Shown: positions 1-33,959, counted from the first letter of the stretch. The stretch: 64,000 bases of DNA from Paragordius varius (GCA_964247055.1 OZ176053.1:5580001-5644000); one strand, 5' to 3'. Translations and numbers: made by a program. Notes: a model not told the origin generated them from the sequence alone.

Positions 1-1183
1 GGAGAATTTATACTCTAAATAAGGGACAAAAAATAAATCAAAAAATCACGGCCATAAAAATTACTTTTAGGGCAGCGGTTTGAACCACTGCTCTGGAAGT
101 TGTAAAAAAAAATTTTTTTTATATTACAGTAGAACAACGTTTCATAATTTTAAACTAAAGTAGCGTTAAAAAAAGTAGTTTCTCTGGGATATAAAATTCT
201 AAGTCATCGCGGACAAAAAACTGGAAGGTCTTTTAAAATATTGACTCAGTGCATTAATCCATACAATAAGATTGTTAACTTTTATGTTAAAATATTTCAA
301 ATATACTTAGTTGAAAAATTAATAAGTATTAAAGTGGTATATATATTATGCAATTTCCATTTATTAAGGCTAACTTAAATATTCATTTTCTTACGAAAGT
401 CGCGTTGTAATATAATCCCTTTCAATTAAAAATTCTTAGAATATTTAACGTAAAAATGACATTAGATAGAAGGAAACGTAAAAAGTGAATGAATGCGTTC
501 ACCATATTTTTTTCATATTACGATACCGTGTGTATTTAACGCGCACATTGTTTTCTTTTGTATTTTTTTTAATTTATCGAAAATTGCTCATCAAAATTTA
601 AAAAGTTATATCTGATTTATCTTGGTATCCTGATTAAGGTATAATTAATAAATTAACAATATATTAAAAATTTACTTTATATATTTTTCGATTTTAATAA
701 ATTGAAAGCGTTATGCTATTTTTGGAAATATTTCTGTACAATTTTTCAACATTCCTGTAAATTTGTATTTAGGGCCACCTCATTAATATTCATAAAATGT
801 AGTAGTAGTAAGTACTGTAAAGGGAAAACATTTATTTTCGTTTTGAATGGTGACATTTCTAGTTCTCATGTCATGTTTTGTCAATTCTCTTTCTCATACA
901 CATTTGTTTTTATACCAAAATATAATTATCAAAATTTTATTTTCCATATACTTATATATGTAGGTAAAAGGCACTAAACTGAATATTTAATTGAGCTTTT
1001 ACACCTTCGTTTCTTTTATAGTATGTTAGGGATGATGCAATATTTTAAACATAAAAGTTCATGGACATTTGTTGTCTGTTTGCACCCTAAATTAATTTAT
1101 TTTTTAAAGCCAACATTGTTTTATAACCAGAGATAATTTAGTTTCAGTATATTTTAATTTCTTATTTAATTAAATCTTTTTTA

Positions 1184-1185
<2 letters not shown>

Positions 1186-1243
<58 letters not shown>
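1186..1243. repeat. (TA)n microsatellite
   Basis: Uninterrupted AT dinucleotide run; similar runs near 20783-20828, 31605-31625 and 33780-33810. Confidence 0.95.
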
Positions 1244-1246
<3 letters not shown>

Positions 1247-1888
1247 GAAGCTGGGACGTTTTGATTTTGAATTTTAATTGTATTCTTGCCAAAAAAGGGG
1301 TTATTGGTTATATAAACACCAAAGCTAAATATTAAAAATTAATTACCAAAGCCGTTTTTTTCAATCGATATGGAAAAAAGGGGGAGGGTATACGATTTAT
1401 GACCTAAGGTCATTTTTCGTGTAATCCATATACCCACACTTATATACTTTGAATGATGTAACATTTTTAATTATAACAGTTAATATGACAATGCTTATTC
1501 GAATTAAAATACTTATATATATTCATACATTGTACAAATATAGAAATTGAATGATTTAGTAGTATATATATAACATTTTTAAGCTTTATTGTGAAAAAAA
1601 AGTATGAAGTAGAGTAATTGAAATAAATTTTTTATAAAATATATCGTATAATTTTATATATAAATATACATAGATTGTAACCCATTGTTTTTGTCACAAC
1701 TCCTCTCTAATATATCCTTCCTCACCAATTGACACAACACTTGAAATCATTTTTAGTGCATTTTATAACCGGGCTGCTCAAAAACAAATTGCGCAACAAT
1801 AATAAATTTATTATAAATTTCATCTTTGGAAAAGATATATTCCACTAAAATTTAATCCTATATACATATATTATACGCGGCGACAACA

Positions 1889-4800
1889 ATGGATGATTTT
1901 GACATTAAAGAAGGGAGCGAAAAACCTATGCGATTGAAGAAGGAAGTAGGTATATTTGGTGGTACGGCTATTATTGTTGGAACTATGATAGGTATGGAAT
2001 AATTTTTTTTAAATTAAATAATTATTCTATAAATATGATTTTTATCTGATAAAACATTTTATGATGGCTATAAATTGTAAATTTTATATATAAAATTACT
2101 TTTTTATACTAAACTTGGCACATTTTTAAATTAATAACTGTAATTAAGATTTGTGGTAGTGTATATGATTTTTTCTCTGCGAGTTAAATTTTTAGTCTAT
2201 AACGACAGTTAACTAACTATTTGACCTCTTGGTGAACTTAAGTTTTGTCCCTAATACCACTAGTCTTAAATATCTGTACCAGATTATTAACAGTGATTTA
2301 TTTCTATGTATAAGTATCGTTTTTTCTGATGTGATACTATATATAGTAACTATTATCTACCACAAAGACTTTAATGCTTTTAAAATAGTTAATTTATAAC
2401 TACTGTTTCGTATCCATTAAGTCATTTTGTCCATTTAAAAATACAGAAAATTAATGATGATTGAGTTAACATAAATATTGAAAAACCATAAAACATGTTT
2501 TATATAAAGTTTATCAATAAAATTTAAGGGTCTGGTATTTTCATTACACCCATCGGAGTTATTAAAGCATCGGGATCTGTCGGCCTTTCATTGCTGGTAT
2601 GGCTGATTGGTGGAATTATATCAATGTTGGGTAAGTATACCTCTTTTTACGTATTTTTTTATTCCCAAAAATTTATTAACCAATTTTTTTAAATTTTACG
2701 AAAATTATTGTAAAAACAAATCTAGAAAAGTAAATGACTAATGTCAATAAAACCATTTACTTAAGTTTTTAACATAACGGTTTGGTTTAAATAATATTTT
2801 TCGATTTCAATTTTTAAAACAATTGCAATTTGTCAATAGATAAAAACTGAGGTTAAACACTATGTTTTATAAATTTTTTGTCTACATAACTTCAATAACT
2901 CTATATACATAATAAAATATCAGGAGCCCTATCGTATGCTGAATTGGGAACCCTTATACCCAAATCTGGCGGGGAACATGCTTATTACATGGAAGCATTT
3001 GCTGCCAATCGAGGCCGTGCCGGTCAAAGTGCATGTAAAAGATTTTGGGGTCAAGTTCCAGCTTTTCTGTTTGCTTGGACACTGCTTATGGTTCTTAAAA
3101 CGAGCGCTATGGCGGTTATAGCGATGACCTTTAGTAAATATGTGGTCGCTGCCTTCCTGGGTGATGGTTATTTCCCTGCCTATGGTCGTAAACTCATAGC
3201 CTTCTGTCTAATGTGTAAGTTTTAAATAATTATAACTAACATGAATATACATAGAGTGTAACGGAAAGAGGATAAAATAACGTGTTTATTACAAAATGTT
3301 CTAAGTGCATATATTTTGGATTAGTTTTGAAACTAATAGATATATAAATATCCCAATTTAGACCGTAGTTAATTTATATGATAGTTAAGGTTTATAATGC
3401 TCTTTTTTCACTTTTTTATTTAGAGGTATTATTTTTTTAAAAATATATTTATTATATAACTAAGTGTTGGCATATTCGTTAATCTTTTTTTGTAATGTAG
3501 CCATTGATCCATATAGAAGCTGCCTGTATGGCATATTTTATTGGTTATCAGTTAAAGCCCTTAAATATAGCAGTATTTTTATCATTATATATGTTTATAA
3601 TTTAATTAAATTTTACGATCGCCCTTTACATTAAAATTCGGAAATGGAATTTCGCACAAAAATTTCACAATATACCACTACAGTTTTATCAAAACATACA
3701 TTATATGCTGTGTCATTTTTCAAAACTTTTAAAATTTAAGCTTTAATTTAAATGTGTCATAATTTGTTTCAACATTTTATAGCGCGCTATGTACTGTGTT
3801 TTATATTTTTATTTATATTTACCTGTTGTACTGCACATATTATTACCAAAAAGTCATTAATTATATAAGTGCATACTGTAATAATGTACAGGCGTATTAA
3901 TTAAAAATTAAATTTTAATGTTTCTTTTTTAAATCAAATAATATAATTTGATATAAACGATACATACGTTAATTTTTTATACATTGTTTTTATATATATA
4001 TATATATATATATAACTTTCATTTAGTTTTTATCGGATGGATCAATTGTTACAGTGTAAAATTGGCAAATAAAATGCAAACATCACTTACGGCCAGCAAG
4101 ATTTTTGCTTTGCTCATTATCATATGCGGTGGTTTGTACAGAGTTGCAATGGGTATTTTATCTTACTCGTTTTCATCAAAACATTTCTTTATTTAATTAT
4201 AAATGGATTTGTTATATATTTTATTTATTTCATAAGATTTATCACATTTTTGCATTTTTATTCTTTACTTTTCTATAGATTATGAATATATTTGTCGCTT
4301 ATATTTTAACAATATTATTGCATTTACGCAAAGTTTTGCTTTAAATTGAACTTGGAATGAAAAAACATTCATTATTCTTTTTATTTTCATCAATTTTATC
4401 GTGCTTTGTATTTTTATATTTAATATATTAAAATCTACAACAATATTTGGCTGTTTAAAATCTAATATGTAGTATAGTAATAAGCAATTTATGGTAGATT
4501 AGCCGAAAAGCAAAATGTTTATAATATTTTGGCTAAGGTTTTGAAATAGTTACTTATCAAAACACATTATTTATGTGATAAATATTTTATGTATTTCATT
4601 AATATTAAATATTTTTTTTAATTCTATAACGCTAAATTATTAACCAATAATATATTTTAAAATAGGTTTAAATTTTTTTTGGGAACCCATTAAAGACCAC
4701 GTTCCAAAGTTATATCTTTAAAATATTTTTATATAAATATTATTCATTCAATGACCATATATATTTCATTTTAAAGTTTTTTCACATGAAATATTATGCG

Positions 4801-7800
4801 TTACAGGTCACACCGAAAATCTTAGAACGGGTTTTCAAAATTCTGATTGGAATCCATCTGCAATAGCAGTAGCTTTTTATAGCAGTTTATGGGCTTATGA
4901 TGGATGGTAACAATTTTTACATAAAATTATGCATAATTTTTTAATTTGGTTATTATATAGGTATTAAAACCGATGAAACTTTTTTTTACCAATAAATATA
5001 AGTAAAAAAATTTTAGTGAAATAAATATATTTTGTAAAAATTTGATTTTCAAAAATTACTTTTAATAATATTGGATGCCAGTTTTTTCTAGAAACAATAG
5101 TAATACACAGTTTAAAAATACAATTACAAATTGCAAAAATATAAAATTCTTATTTTTTTAATGCTATAAGTTAAGATTGTATTAAAATAAAAATAAAAAA
5201 AAATATTGCTAATTGCCCCCGGATTTGACCTCGAATATGTTAATGGCAATAATTTGAACTTGTTAAAAAATATTTTTAATTTTAGGAACAATCTGAATTA
5301 TTTGACGGAAGAAGTTGTCAATCCCAGCAAGTAGTGATTAATATATATAATTTTAAATTTTTTATCTTTAAAATAATTTTTTTATTTTATAATAATTGAA
5401 AATTATTTATTTTTTTTCAATGATTTCTTGCTTTTTAAACCAATATGAAAAATTGTTTAGCTAGCAATTTTTGATTTTTTTATAATGTAATAAAATGTTT
5501 CGTCTTCTCTTTAGAAACATTCCAAAAGCCATTATGATTGGTATGCCTTTGGTCACTATTTTATATGTTGTGACTAACGCTGCATATTTTACTGTGCTCT
5601 CCCCTGCTCAAATGATAGCTTCACAGGCTGTAGCTATGGTTAGACCCTCGTTTTTTAAATTTAGTTTAATTTCAAAAATATGAATTTTTAATATATTAAG
5701 TTTATCAGGGATTTCAAGGAGTTTTTTTATCTTAAGTTTAGGTAACTAGCGAATCAACTAAGACATTTTTACATGTAAATGATTAATTAGGTTCTAATGG
5801 CAAAAACTATAAATTATGATTTAGACCTCTAAATATACCTCCATATTTTTATATGTTGATAAATTCTAGTTTTTTAAAAATATCAATCTTTTTTTCCCAT
5901 TAATTTTTTGCCAAAATTTTTTTCTTCATTAAATCGATCAATGTTTGTCATATTTTTATAAGGGTATGTGAACTTTCTATATATTAAGGCGTTTGTTTGA
6001 CAGTCAACCCAATCACTGTAATCATCCATTTTTTAATTCCATAGTTATTTTGTACCATTTATTTAGGTTTTATTATACTATTTAATTATCAAATTTACTT
6101 TATATATCCTTCAACATAGGATTGGGCAAACGTTGTTCTTGGTCGTTACTTTAGTTGGGTCATTCCAACGTTTGTGGCCCTCTCGTGTGCTGGAGCCTTG
6201 AATGGATATTACATGAGTATTAGCCGTGTCTGTTATGTGGCAGCGAGAGATCGCCATCTCATTAGACTTCTTTCCTTCGTTAATGCGAAAAAGTTGACAC
6301 CCATTCCATCTGTCATTTTTATTGTGAGTCCTTTTTTTATTTATATTTGTATACTTACAGTTGGAAAAATATTTGGGAAATATTTCCAAGATAGTGGTTT
6401 TATCATTACTTGTGTTTTTGTGGTTAAAATATAAAAACCGGTCTGACTATTCATAAAAGCAGTCACTAATAATCATAAGCAGGCAATCATCTCCACAAAT
6501 TCGAATATGTTGTAACCAAACCTAATAAATTAAATTAACCAGTTTCAATATATATTGAATAAAACAATCACTGCAAATTCGATAAACATGTTACTCTAAA
6601 TAAATTTAATTTATCTCATATTAAATATATGTTTGACACTTTTCAGGTTAAGCGGTCACGGTCATAAAATTCTTAACCCGTCAAACCCAAAACTAATGAT
6701 GTATAGTAAAGCGCGTAAACACTTGAATAATTGAGGGATTTGAATTGCATCCTTAAATTTAATTAAATAAATTTTGGGCTTAAGAGCGAATCTTTATGAT
6801 AATTTACTATTTATGTGGAGTGTTTGTGATTAGCGAATATTGACCTAGCCCTTTTTTTATATGTATAAAACGCTTTGAATAGGTTATTTTAATCAATTAA
6901 TTAGTTATAATTTTTATATTTTTAACAAAGGGCATTCTATCAAGTTTTATGATCTTGCCTGGTAATATTGAAGCACTCATTGGCTTTTTTGGATTTGCTT
7001 CCTGGCTCTTTTATGGACTTACAATGATAGCTTTACTTACGTTACGTAGAACGATGCCAAATGCTCCTCGTCCATATAAAGTATGTTTTTCTTTTTTAAG
7101 ATAATATGGTTACATATTAGAAATAGTATACAATTAAAGAATATTTTTAATTAACCAGATATAACCGTTTTATAATATCCATAGAAGCAGTTGAATATTT
7201 TTTAAACCTTGATTTGTATTATATGATATTTATGAATAAAATTGTAAAATTATATGTGAAATCAATTTTCATCTCTAATCCTTATTTTGCAACGCAAAAC
7301 TAAAAGTTAAATTTAATAAATCTATAATTGAAAATATATTTTAGTTTTTGCGCTTTTCCTTTTCTGTATTTTTATTATAAAATTGATTGCAAGCGGGATA
7401 AAATATATTAAATAATTTTTTAAATTTAATTTTTAATAGGTATGGATCGGTATTCCCATAATTGTGCTTCTTATCTCCATCTACCTAGTAGTATTCCCTC
7501 TTATAAAAGATGCCGCCATAGAATACCTCTACGCTACCGTTTTTATTTTGGCCGGTCTCATTTTTTATATTCCATTCATTTACTATAAGTATCATCTCAG
7601 ATGCATGGGTAATTAATTTTTTTAGAATTAAATACGATGTTTTTTTAAGATAATAATATTTTTTTAGTTTGCCTACATAATTAACTCCAATTAGTTTAAC
7701 GATTATCGTTTTACTCTAATAATTTCAAATGTTTGTTAACAAATTATATATGCTCATAAAATTAAATTCATTTATATATTGATTTTTTTTTAATTTTATT

Positions 7801-7906
7801 AACAGATAAAATTACCGTGTTTTTTCAAAAATTGCTTGAAGTATTGCCAGAGGAGGCTGAAGAAGAAACTTCTGAAGAAATACCATTATCTGAATATAAA
7901 AATTAA
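1889..7906 (+). CDS. SLC7A9: SLC7 L-type/b(0,+)-type amino acid transporter light chain (SLC7A9-like), 11 exons, ~504 aa
   Basis: Exons 1889-1991, 2529-2630, 2924-3214, 4027-4152, 4807-4906, 5286-5330, 5515-5638, 6120-6323, 6931-7080, 7440-7608, 7806-7906. All introns are GT-AG and phase-compatible. Family motifs: [65 protein letters not shown]. The paralog assignment within SLC7 is from recalled similarity only. Confidence 0.9.
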
Positions 7907-8954
7907 TTTTTTGATCAAAAATTTAGTTTTATGATTTTTTCGATTAAAATAATACCTATTTAAATATATTTTAGTCAGATATCAATGTGACTATTATTAT
8001 GCTTTAATATTTTCTAATTTTTATATAATACGTGGTGGTAAATCTGAATTGCACAATAATGTTTAACTCTGAACCTTTAATATTTCATTTGGCACATAAT
8101 GATTGTACATATAATTTATATTTCCGATTTAGCTCTTAAACTTTTGATATTTAAATTAATAGGTGTGAAATTACATTAAAATCCATCTTTTTATCTACCT
8201 ATCTAATATTCATTTTATCAGAATGATATCTTTTTTATCGTGCGTTGGCGTTTTATCAAAAATAGTAGTAACATAGAACCAATTTATACATGAATTTGCA
8301 TTGAATTATATTATTGACAATGAATAAATTTTTTATATAACTTATGCCTCTACTTTTAATTGTGACACGGTTGAAAGTGGTGTAAAGTTTACAGGTAAAA
8401 TCACATAATTTATTAAGGTTCTGTTATTTTTATTTGACTCTTTTTAAGAATTCTTACATAATTGTTTATGTTTTTTTTCAATCGTTTAATTTCAAAGATA
8501 TTAAATTAAAGTAAATTATACCGCGATATGCAATTTTTTGAACATATTTATCACTGCATATTTTTGATTTAAAAATATGAATGATTTAAAAATATAAACC
8601 ATTTTCAAAAAACTTATATATAATTTAAAAAATAAACAAATCTTTTATTCAAATATAATGTGATAGTAATGTTTAATATCATCAAATTATAAAGAAGTTT
8701 AGAATATTATAAAGTGTTTTTAATATCTTTTCCACCCTGCTTGACTATTCGTTAAAATTCGCTTCACCAAAATTTTGCCATAAATTAAATTTTAAAGCAA
8801 AATATCGAGTTTTTAGGAAAAAACTTGTCAAAATTTAACACATACTTAAAATTTTATTGCGCATTATCGGTATGCGTTTAGATTAGGAAGCTTGCCAATT
8901 TTAAACGGTCCGAAAATTTGAGACTTTCGAAGCACCTATAGAAAATTAAATTCG

Positions 8955-9247
8955 TACACCAGAAATACCAACTTTCATTAAAAAAACCGACAAAAATCGA
9001 TTATATCATTCAAACTAATAGATTGCGACTCTACCGTCATACTCAGAGAAGAGACGCCACCCATCCTTTAAAAACTGTTGAAAACAATAATGTTGATGGC
9101 AATAGAAGAAAGGGACGACCACTCTTTCCTTTAATGATAATATAAAAATGGACTTGAATCAACGTAGCCTTTCCACAGAACAATGTAAAGATCGTAATTT
9201 ATGGAGGAAATTACTTCGTGGATACAAAACTCCGAATATGGAGTCCT
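8955..9247 (+). mobile_element. 3'-terminal remnant of an RTE-like LINE
   Basis: Translates to LRLYRHTQRRD...NRRKGRP... (typical RTE C-terminus). Clearly homologous to 57690-57955. Confidence 0.7.
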
Positions 9248-11306
9248 AATATTATCCATCCATTATATAGTTTATATGATATTTTAGTGATTTTGTTGCA
9301 ATGAAGCATAGTGCTTTCAGAAAAAAAATTTATCTAGCAAAGTATGCGCAAATTTTGCCATTTTCTGATATGGATCAGTTAAAATAGTAATAACTTACTT
9401 ATATCACTCATAGACCCAAAACCAAAAGCGCCATAAGATTTTTGTGTGTCCAATGTTTGGCTTTAAGTATCATTTAAATATTTATATCGCTATCAATTGA
9501 CTAGTTTTAAATTAGTTAACATAACACAGTCATTTTTAACAATGAATTTAAATGTTTAAGTATTGAGCCGACGGCGACAGAGTCTTTTTTTGAATAATAC
9601 CCTTATTTCCGCTCCTCCATACGAAATGGTTCTTTTAAACCATTGTTGGCTAAAAAACAGGATTTCAAATTACGTATTGGTGCATTTGATTTTAATAACA
9701 ATATCTTTTGATTTTTTTGCGTTTGCGCCGATAGCGAATAAACCCTTTTTTGAATTAGCCTATGCATAATACAAACAATTTCGCGGGCCGCATTCAAAAT
9801 AACGTGTGCATTAATAATATTTAATTAAATTTAAAAGACTAAAAATTATGGTACCAATATAACGAATTTTAATTCATCAATTATTGCTAATTCTTTTGCC
9901 AAAAACAGCTTTAAAGGAATATTTTTCTTATTAAGAACAATATTATTTTAATCCAATCCGAGGATAAATGTATATATGCTCATTAAGTCTGTAATAACTC
10001 TATCAAAGAATCGAGTAGTGTTTATCAAATTCGCAATTAATAAATATTTAAATAAATTAAGGCATAAATAATTAGTAAATAATATTGGGTAAAATGATAC
10101 AATCTTCGTATAATATGACACTTTTTAAACATATCGCGGACATTACAAGAAGTCGCAGAGGGCCGACCTTCCAACGATTTAAAATAACGAAAACCAAGAA
10201 CATCAATCAAGTCATAAAAGGAGATAAAAAGAGCTTTTTTATGATCAATAAATTATATAATGCTGTATTGAAATTTGAACGGGCTGCTCATTTTCAGTAA
10301 AGTTTCAAAAACAACGATTCCTTTTTTACATATTTAGATATCATAATTTCAGGACATCTATAAAGCAGGAAGCTAAAAATTTTAAACAAAAATTTATGTA
10401 GTAAAAAGACAATAAATATAAAATCTATATAGTATTATTTATTAATGTTGTACATGGTGTATTAGATCACACTAATGGGAAGATAGGGGGTGAAGGAATT
10501 TGATTTTAGAGAATAATTATGTTTCATCCTTACAAAACAGGCACGTTGTATTTTGTTAATTAAAGAGATTTTAGGATTAATAGATAATAGATTTTTATCC
10601 ATCATAGAGTTAATCACAGGAGGTATATTTACATCTGGCGAACTTGAAAAAAAAGCAATTCGAAATAAATGAGGTTAAAGTTTTGCATTGCTTGAATTTG
10701 ATATATAGTATATCATTAGTCAAAAGCAACATTTTTCAATTAAAGGCAACCTTTTATAAACTAAAGGCAGTATTAGCAACATTTTTTTATCCAAACGCAA
10801 TATTTTGTTTTAATTTAAAGACAAAATTTATTTTATGACATCTTATATTAAGTATTTATTTAATTTTAAGTTTATGATTGTTGATTTTAGCGTTGAATTA
10901 TAAAAAATTATATACTTTTGCACTTAAAGGAGTTTTTGAACACTTCATGTTGGTCCTTAAACATTGGTTCAATTAATCTTGTATTAAACTTATATTAATT
11001 AAACCGTGTAATCCTTACCTATCATTTTTAACCTATATGGTTTACAGTATGCATTTTAATGTATGTTAAGTAATTTTATTGCCAGTCAAATAACATAAAT
11101 GGTTTATCAAATGCGTAAAATACTGATACACAAAATTATTTCGTAATACACATATGAAAGAGGATTGACGTGAGAATTAACATAAACTTAATTTGATGGA
11201 TATTTTCTAATGTTAAATTTTGAGAATGTTATAGCAATTTATGTTAACATCTTAAATATTGTTGTTACGTATTTAGATGCGGAATTTTGTGGGTTTTTAT
11301 CTTTAA

Positions 11307-12304
11307 TCTATATATTTATAAAAATGGAAAATGCTGGCTTTGTGATCTGTTTCCGGAAACCGGTGAACCCATTCAAATCCAAACATCGAAAAAATATAAT
11401 CATTAATAAATGCCCCGACAATAGCTTCGCCCTTTTTTTGAAATAGGCCCTCAATCCGGGCTCACCCCGTGTAAAAAACGCGTTTTTTTGCAAACAGAAG
11501 TCCACAAAAATCGTGTCTTTGATCCGGAGAACGTGTTAAACCATTCAATTTCAAATATGATTTTTGTTTAGTTATTTTCGATTGCGCCAAACATAGTCGC
11601 CTTGCTTTTTTAATTTAGGCCCTATTTTTACCCGCTCCCCCCGTTAAATGCCATTTTTCAAAAAACGAAGTCCACAAAAATAATTTTTTGTTTTTCGACC
11701 AAGGTATGAGACCGTAAAAATTCAATAAAGTTTCCACGTATTCCCTGTTAAAAGGCAAAAATTTTAGTCAAGCGTTTCTTTGATGATAGCTGATGGGTAA
11801 GGAGCTACCCGCGAAAAACTGACCCATCATACCTAAATCGCGTCTTTCTGGGGCTAAATTTCAGAAAACCTATCAGGCCATATGAGTTCAATAGCTGCTT
11901 AAAGTATTACCCGTAAAAAGTCAAAAATTTTAGTCGAACGGATTTTTTGAATTAGCCGTTAAATAGGCCCTTTACGCCCTAAAAATGCGCTATCATTGAA
12001 CTATTATTTAGTTTTGAAGCCATCCTTCCATAAACTATTAGGAGTGAACGATGATTCCAGGTAAAAGGCAAAATTTTTTATCCAACTAAATTTTTATATT
12101 GAACTCTGGGTAGGGGGCTACCCGCCTACAACTGGCCATCATATCGATACAGCATGCCTTTAAAGCCATATTTCAGAAAACTTATGAGACTATGTGAATC
12201 AATTTAAAACGTGCCGCATAACAAAATTGCTTATAAAATCAAGAATCCCCCCAGAAGTCCAAAGGACTTCCTCGGGCTGCGCAGCAGCGCGAGATTTACG
12301 CTAG
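11307..12304 (+). mobile_element. Non-autonomous Helitron (~1.0 kb) with internal degenerate tandem repeats
   Basis: Starts with TC (TCTATATATTTATAAAAATG) after an A at 11306 and ends in CTAG (12301-12304) before a T at 12305. A GCGC-AGCA-GCGC hairpin (12279-12290) lies 10 nt before CTAG, with a second hairpin GAAGTCC-AAA-GGACTTC at 12254-12270. This matches the canonical A|TC...CTRR|T Helitron signature. Confidence 0.8.
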
Positions 12305-12439
12305 TAAATAAATAAATAGTAAAATTGGTAATTTAAGATAATTTATGTTAATTCATAATTAAATTTAATTAATATTTTTCAACATTATAAATACCTGTAT
12401 TAATCGAAATTGGTATTATTCTTTTATATAGTTGTTATT

Positions 12440-13140
12440 ACTAAAAAAAACAGGTAAATATATATTTGTGAAAATTTAAAGAGATTTTAGATTGTTTTTG
12501 TTTTTATATTTTTCATTGTCAATTTTTAACTATTCAGACATTTTAATCAGGTAAAAATTGCGGTTTTTTAATTTTTATTTTATTTAACATTGTTAATTGT
12601 AATTAATTACTACATATTTTGGACATTTTAATAAATTTAGTAAATGTTTAATTTATTTGTTTTTTAGGATTTGCATTGTTAATTGTAATTAATTACTACA
12701 TATTTTGGACATTCTTATAAATACGGGTAAAAATTGCGGTTTTTAGTAAAAATTTAATTTTTTTATATTTTTTAGGATTTGCATTGTTTTAATTACTACA
12801 TATTTTGGACATTTTAATAAATACAGGTAAAAATGGCGGTTTTTAACAAATTTCAATTTTTTTGTATTTTGTATCATTGTTATTAATTACCAAATATTTT
12901 TGACATTTAAAAAACAGGTGAAAATTGCGGTTTTTAATAAATTAGTAAAATTTTTAATTTTTTGTTCAACCTTGCTAATTTATTAATTACTATATATTTT
13001 TGATACACTGATATATACATGTAAAAATTACTATGATTTGCGGTTTTTTAAATTTAGGAAAATTTTTTTTGTTTTACATTGATATCTAATATATTAAATA
13101 TAGTTAACATATCTGAGCATACAGGTAAAAATGCATTGTG
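12440..13140. repeat. Degenerate tandem repeat, ~90-110 bp unit, ~6-7 copies
   Basis: Recurrent CAGGTAAAAATTGCGGTTTTT (near 12549, 12725, 12825, 12916, 13019, 13122) alternating with TAATTACTACATATTTTGGACATT. Confidence 0.75.
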
Positions 13141-13260
13141 GTTTTAGGTTTGAATTTTATTTTCAAAATCCAACTATGTATATTTTCACAAACACCTTAT
13201 GTCACCTTTTTAACTTATCTTTTGCCCAATCTTTTGGGGTCCAATGCAGGGCTCTAGAAT

Positions 13261-32285
<19,025 letters not shown>

Positions 32286-32459
32286 AATTTTTTTGCTTTC
32301 ATTTGCACATGTGGTATATAGTTTATCTCATATAATTTAAAATTTATTATGGTTTTGGCACATGATGTTCTATATTATTAATAGTTAATCAAATCTAAAA
32401 AATATAATGTTGTAGTTACGCGGAGGTTAAGTGATGTCTTTACCATTTGAATAGAACAT

Positions 32460-32945
32460 ACGTAACTTTAAACTTCGATTCAAATTAAATATTTTTAACT
32501 ATAGTGTAGGAAACGGTACTAATTTTAATTTGCTTCCATCCTAATAAATAGGCCAACATATCTTTAATAGCAATAATTTAAAAAAAAGTACAAAACAAAT
32601 TACTATCATGCCATTAGAACATTTCGGAAAATATCGTGTTTATAGAATTCCCTAAAATGAATTAATTTTCAAAATCACATCTAACAATGATATAAACAGA
32701 AAAAATGGTTTATTTTGATTTCAAGTTTGATTTAGCTAATGCACACGTGTCATGTTGTTTATATTTTACTTGGAGGTTTATCCATAAAATAAGTATTTGG
32801 TTCTTAAAATGGTTTTTTTATTGTTTCGGTACATCCAGACTTTCGCAATTTATTTGTTCCATATTTTTAGAGATAATTGATTTTAAACAAGCCTGGCTCA
32901 AACACTCTAAATTGAATCGGGGAAATGAAAGTATTGTATCAAAGG
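32460..32945 (+). repeat. Old dispersed direct repeat (partner 37590-38170), possibly decayed transposase DNA
   Basis: Collinear anchors CTTCGATTCAAATT, GGAAACGGTAC, CATCTAACA, GCACAC(G/A)TGTCA and CA(A/G)GCCTG in both copies. A downstream stretch at ~33068-33180 reads YKYSPVCVDAER..MALVQKKQRS, reminiscent of a hAT-like C-terminal S-x-x-x-ER-x-FS motif. Confidence 0.5.
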
Positions 32946-33774
32946 TTTTAAAAGAAGTCAGTTATTTATTTAATTTATAATATTTTTTATCAAATTCTAC
33001 ACATCTTGTCAGCCTGACTGTTTTTCGAAACAAACCATTAGTCAAGCCTTTTCCAACGTATTTGAATTATAAGTACTCCCCCGTGTGCGTTGATGCAGAA
33101 CGGTAATAGTCAGATGGCGTTAGTTCAAAAGAAACAACGAAGCGATTTTAAGGGTGAGATGATTGAAATTGATTTGACCTGCAAGTTTTTCAAATATGGC
33201 CTGTTTTCATGAAAAAATTCAACTTTAGGGGAGTTATGTCTACCAAGAAAACTTGATTCAGAGATATAAAATCATTTAATTAAATAAAACCTAAAGATTT
33301 TCCAAATGTGGTTTGTGGCACACTTGACACATTAAATATGGATACAATTATTTTAAAAACTACTTATATATATAAATATATATATATATATTTTAGGTTT
33401 TATATGTAATTGAAACTGTTAATATTATAACCTTTTTATCAATAACTTTTGGCTAATTGACCTATTTAAATTGGGTGGATACAAAAGACTATCAAATTTT
33501 AGGAATGCTAAATTTATTTAAGAACAACAATGCATCTAGAAATATCCTATGTTCATTTTCGTGAACCCTTAAAAAACAATATTTTGAAAGTATTTAATTA
33601 TACCAAAAAAATTGAGTAAACCTTTTTGGTCACTAAAAATATATTTTGAATATTATAAATCAATATCATTGATGAATCAATTAACTAATCACGATACGTT
33701 AGATGAAATCCTAAAAAGGTATATCTTAGATTTATCATAATTTCCTCCTAACTTGATAAACAATTAATTATCGT

Positions 33775-33815
<41 letters not shown>

Positions 33816-33959
33816 AAAATTTTAAAGTTAATGAAGGTATTTTTCTATTTAGAATATTATTTTTGGTTCAAAATTCATAAATGCTAAAGGTTAATCATTA
33901 TATTAATAATAAGAGTGAGCCGGATAGGCCTATTTCGAATCGAAAGTAGAAATTAATCT

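Noticed and set aside
702-977. Short ORF-track ORFs in AT-rich intergenic and intronic DNA (e.g. 702..977, 9563..9769, 10085..10300, 23803..24060, 30230..30481, 60823..61041)
   Set aside because: F/I/L/K/N-rich translations typical of random AT-rich DNA or MITE arms; no splice-compatible chain and no recognisable motif.
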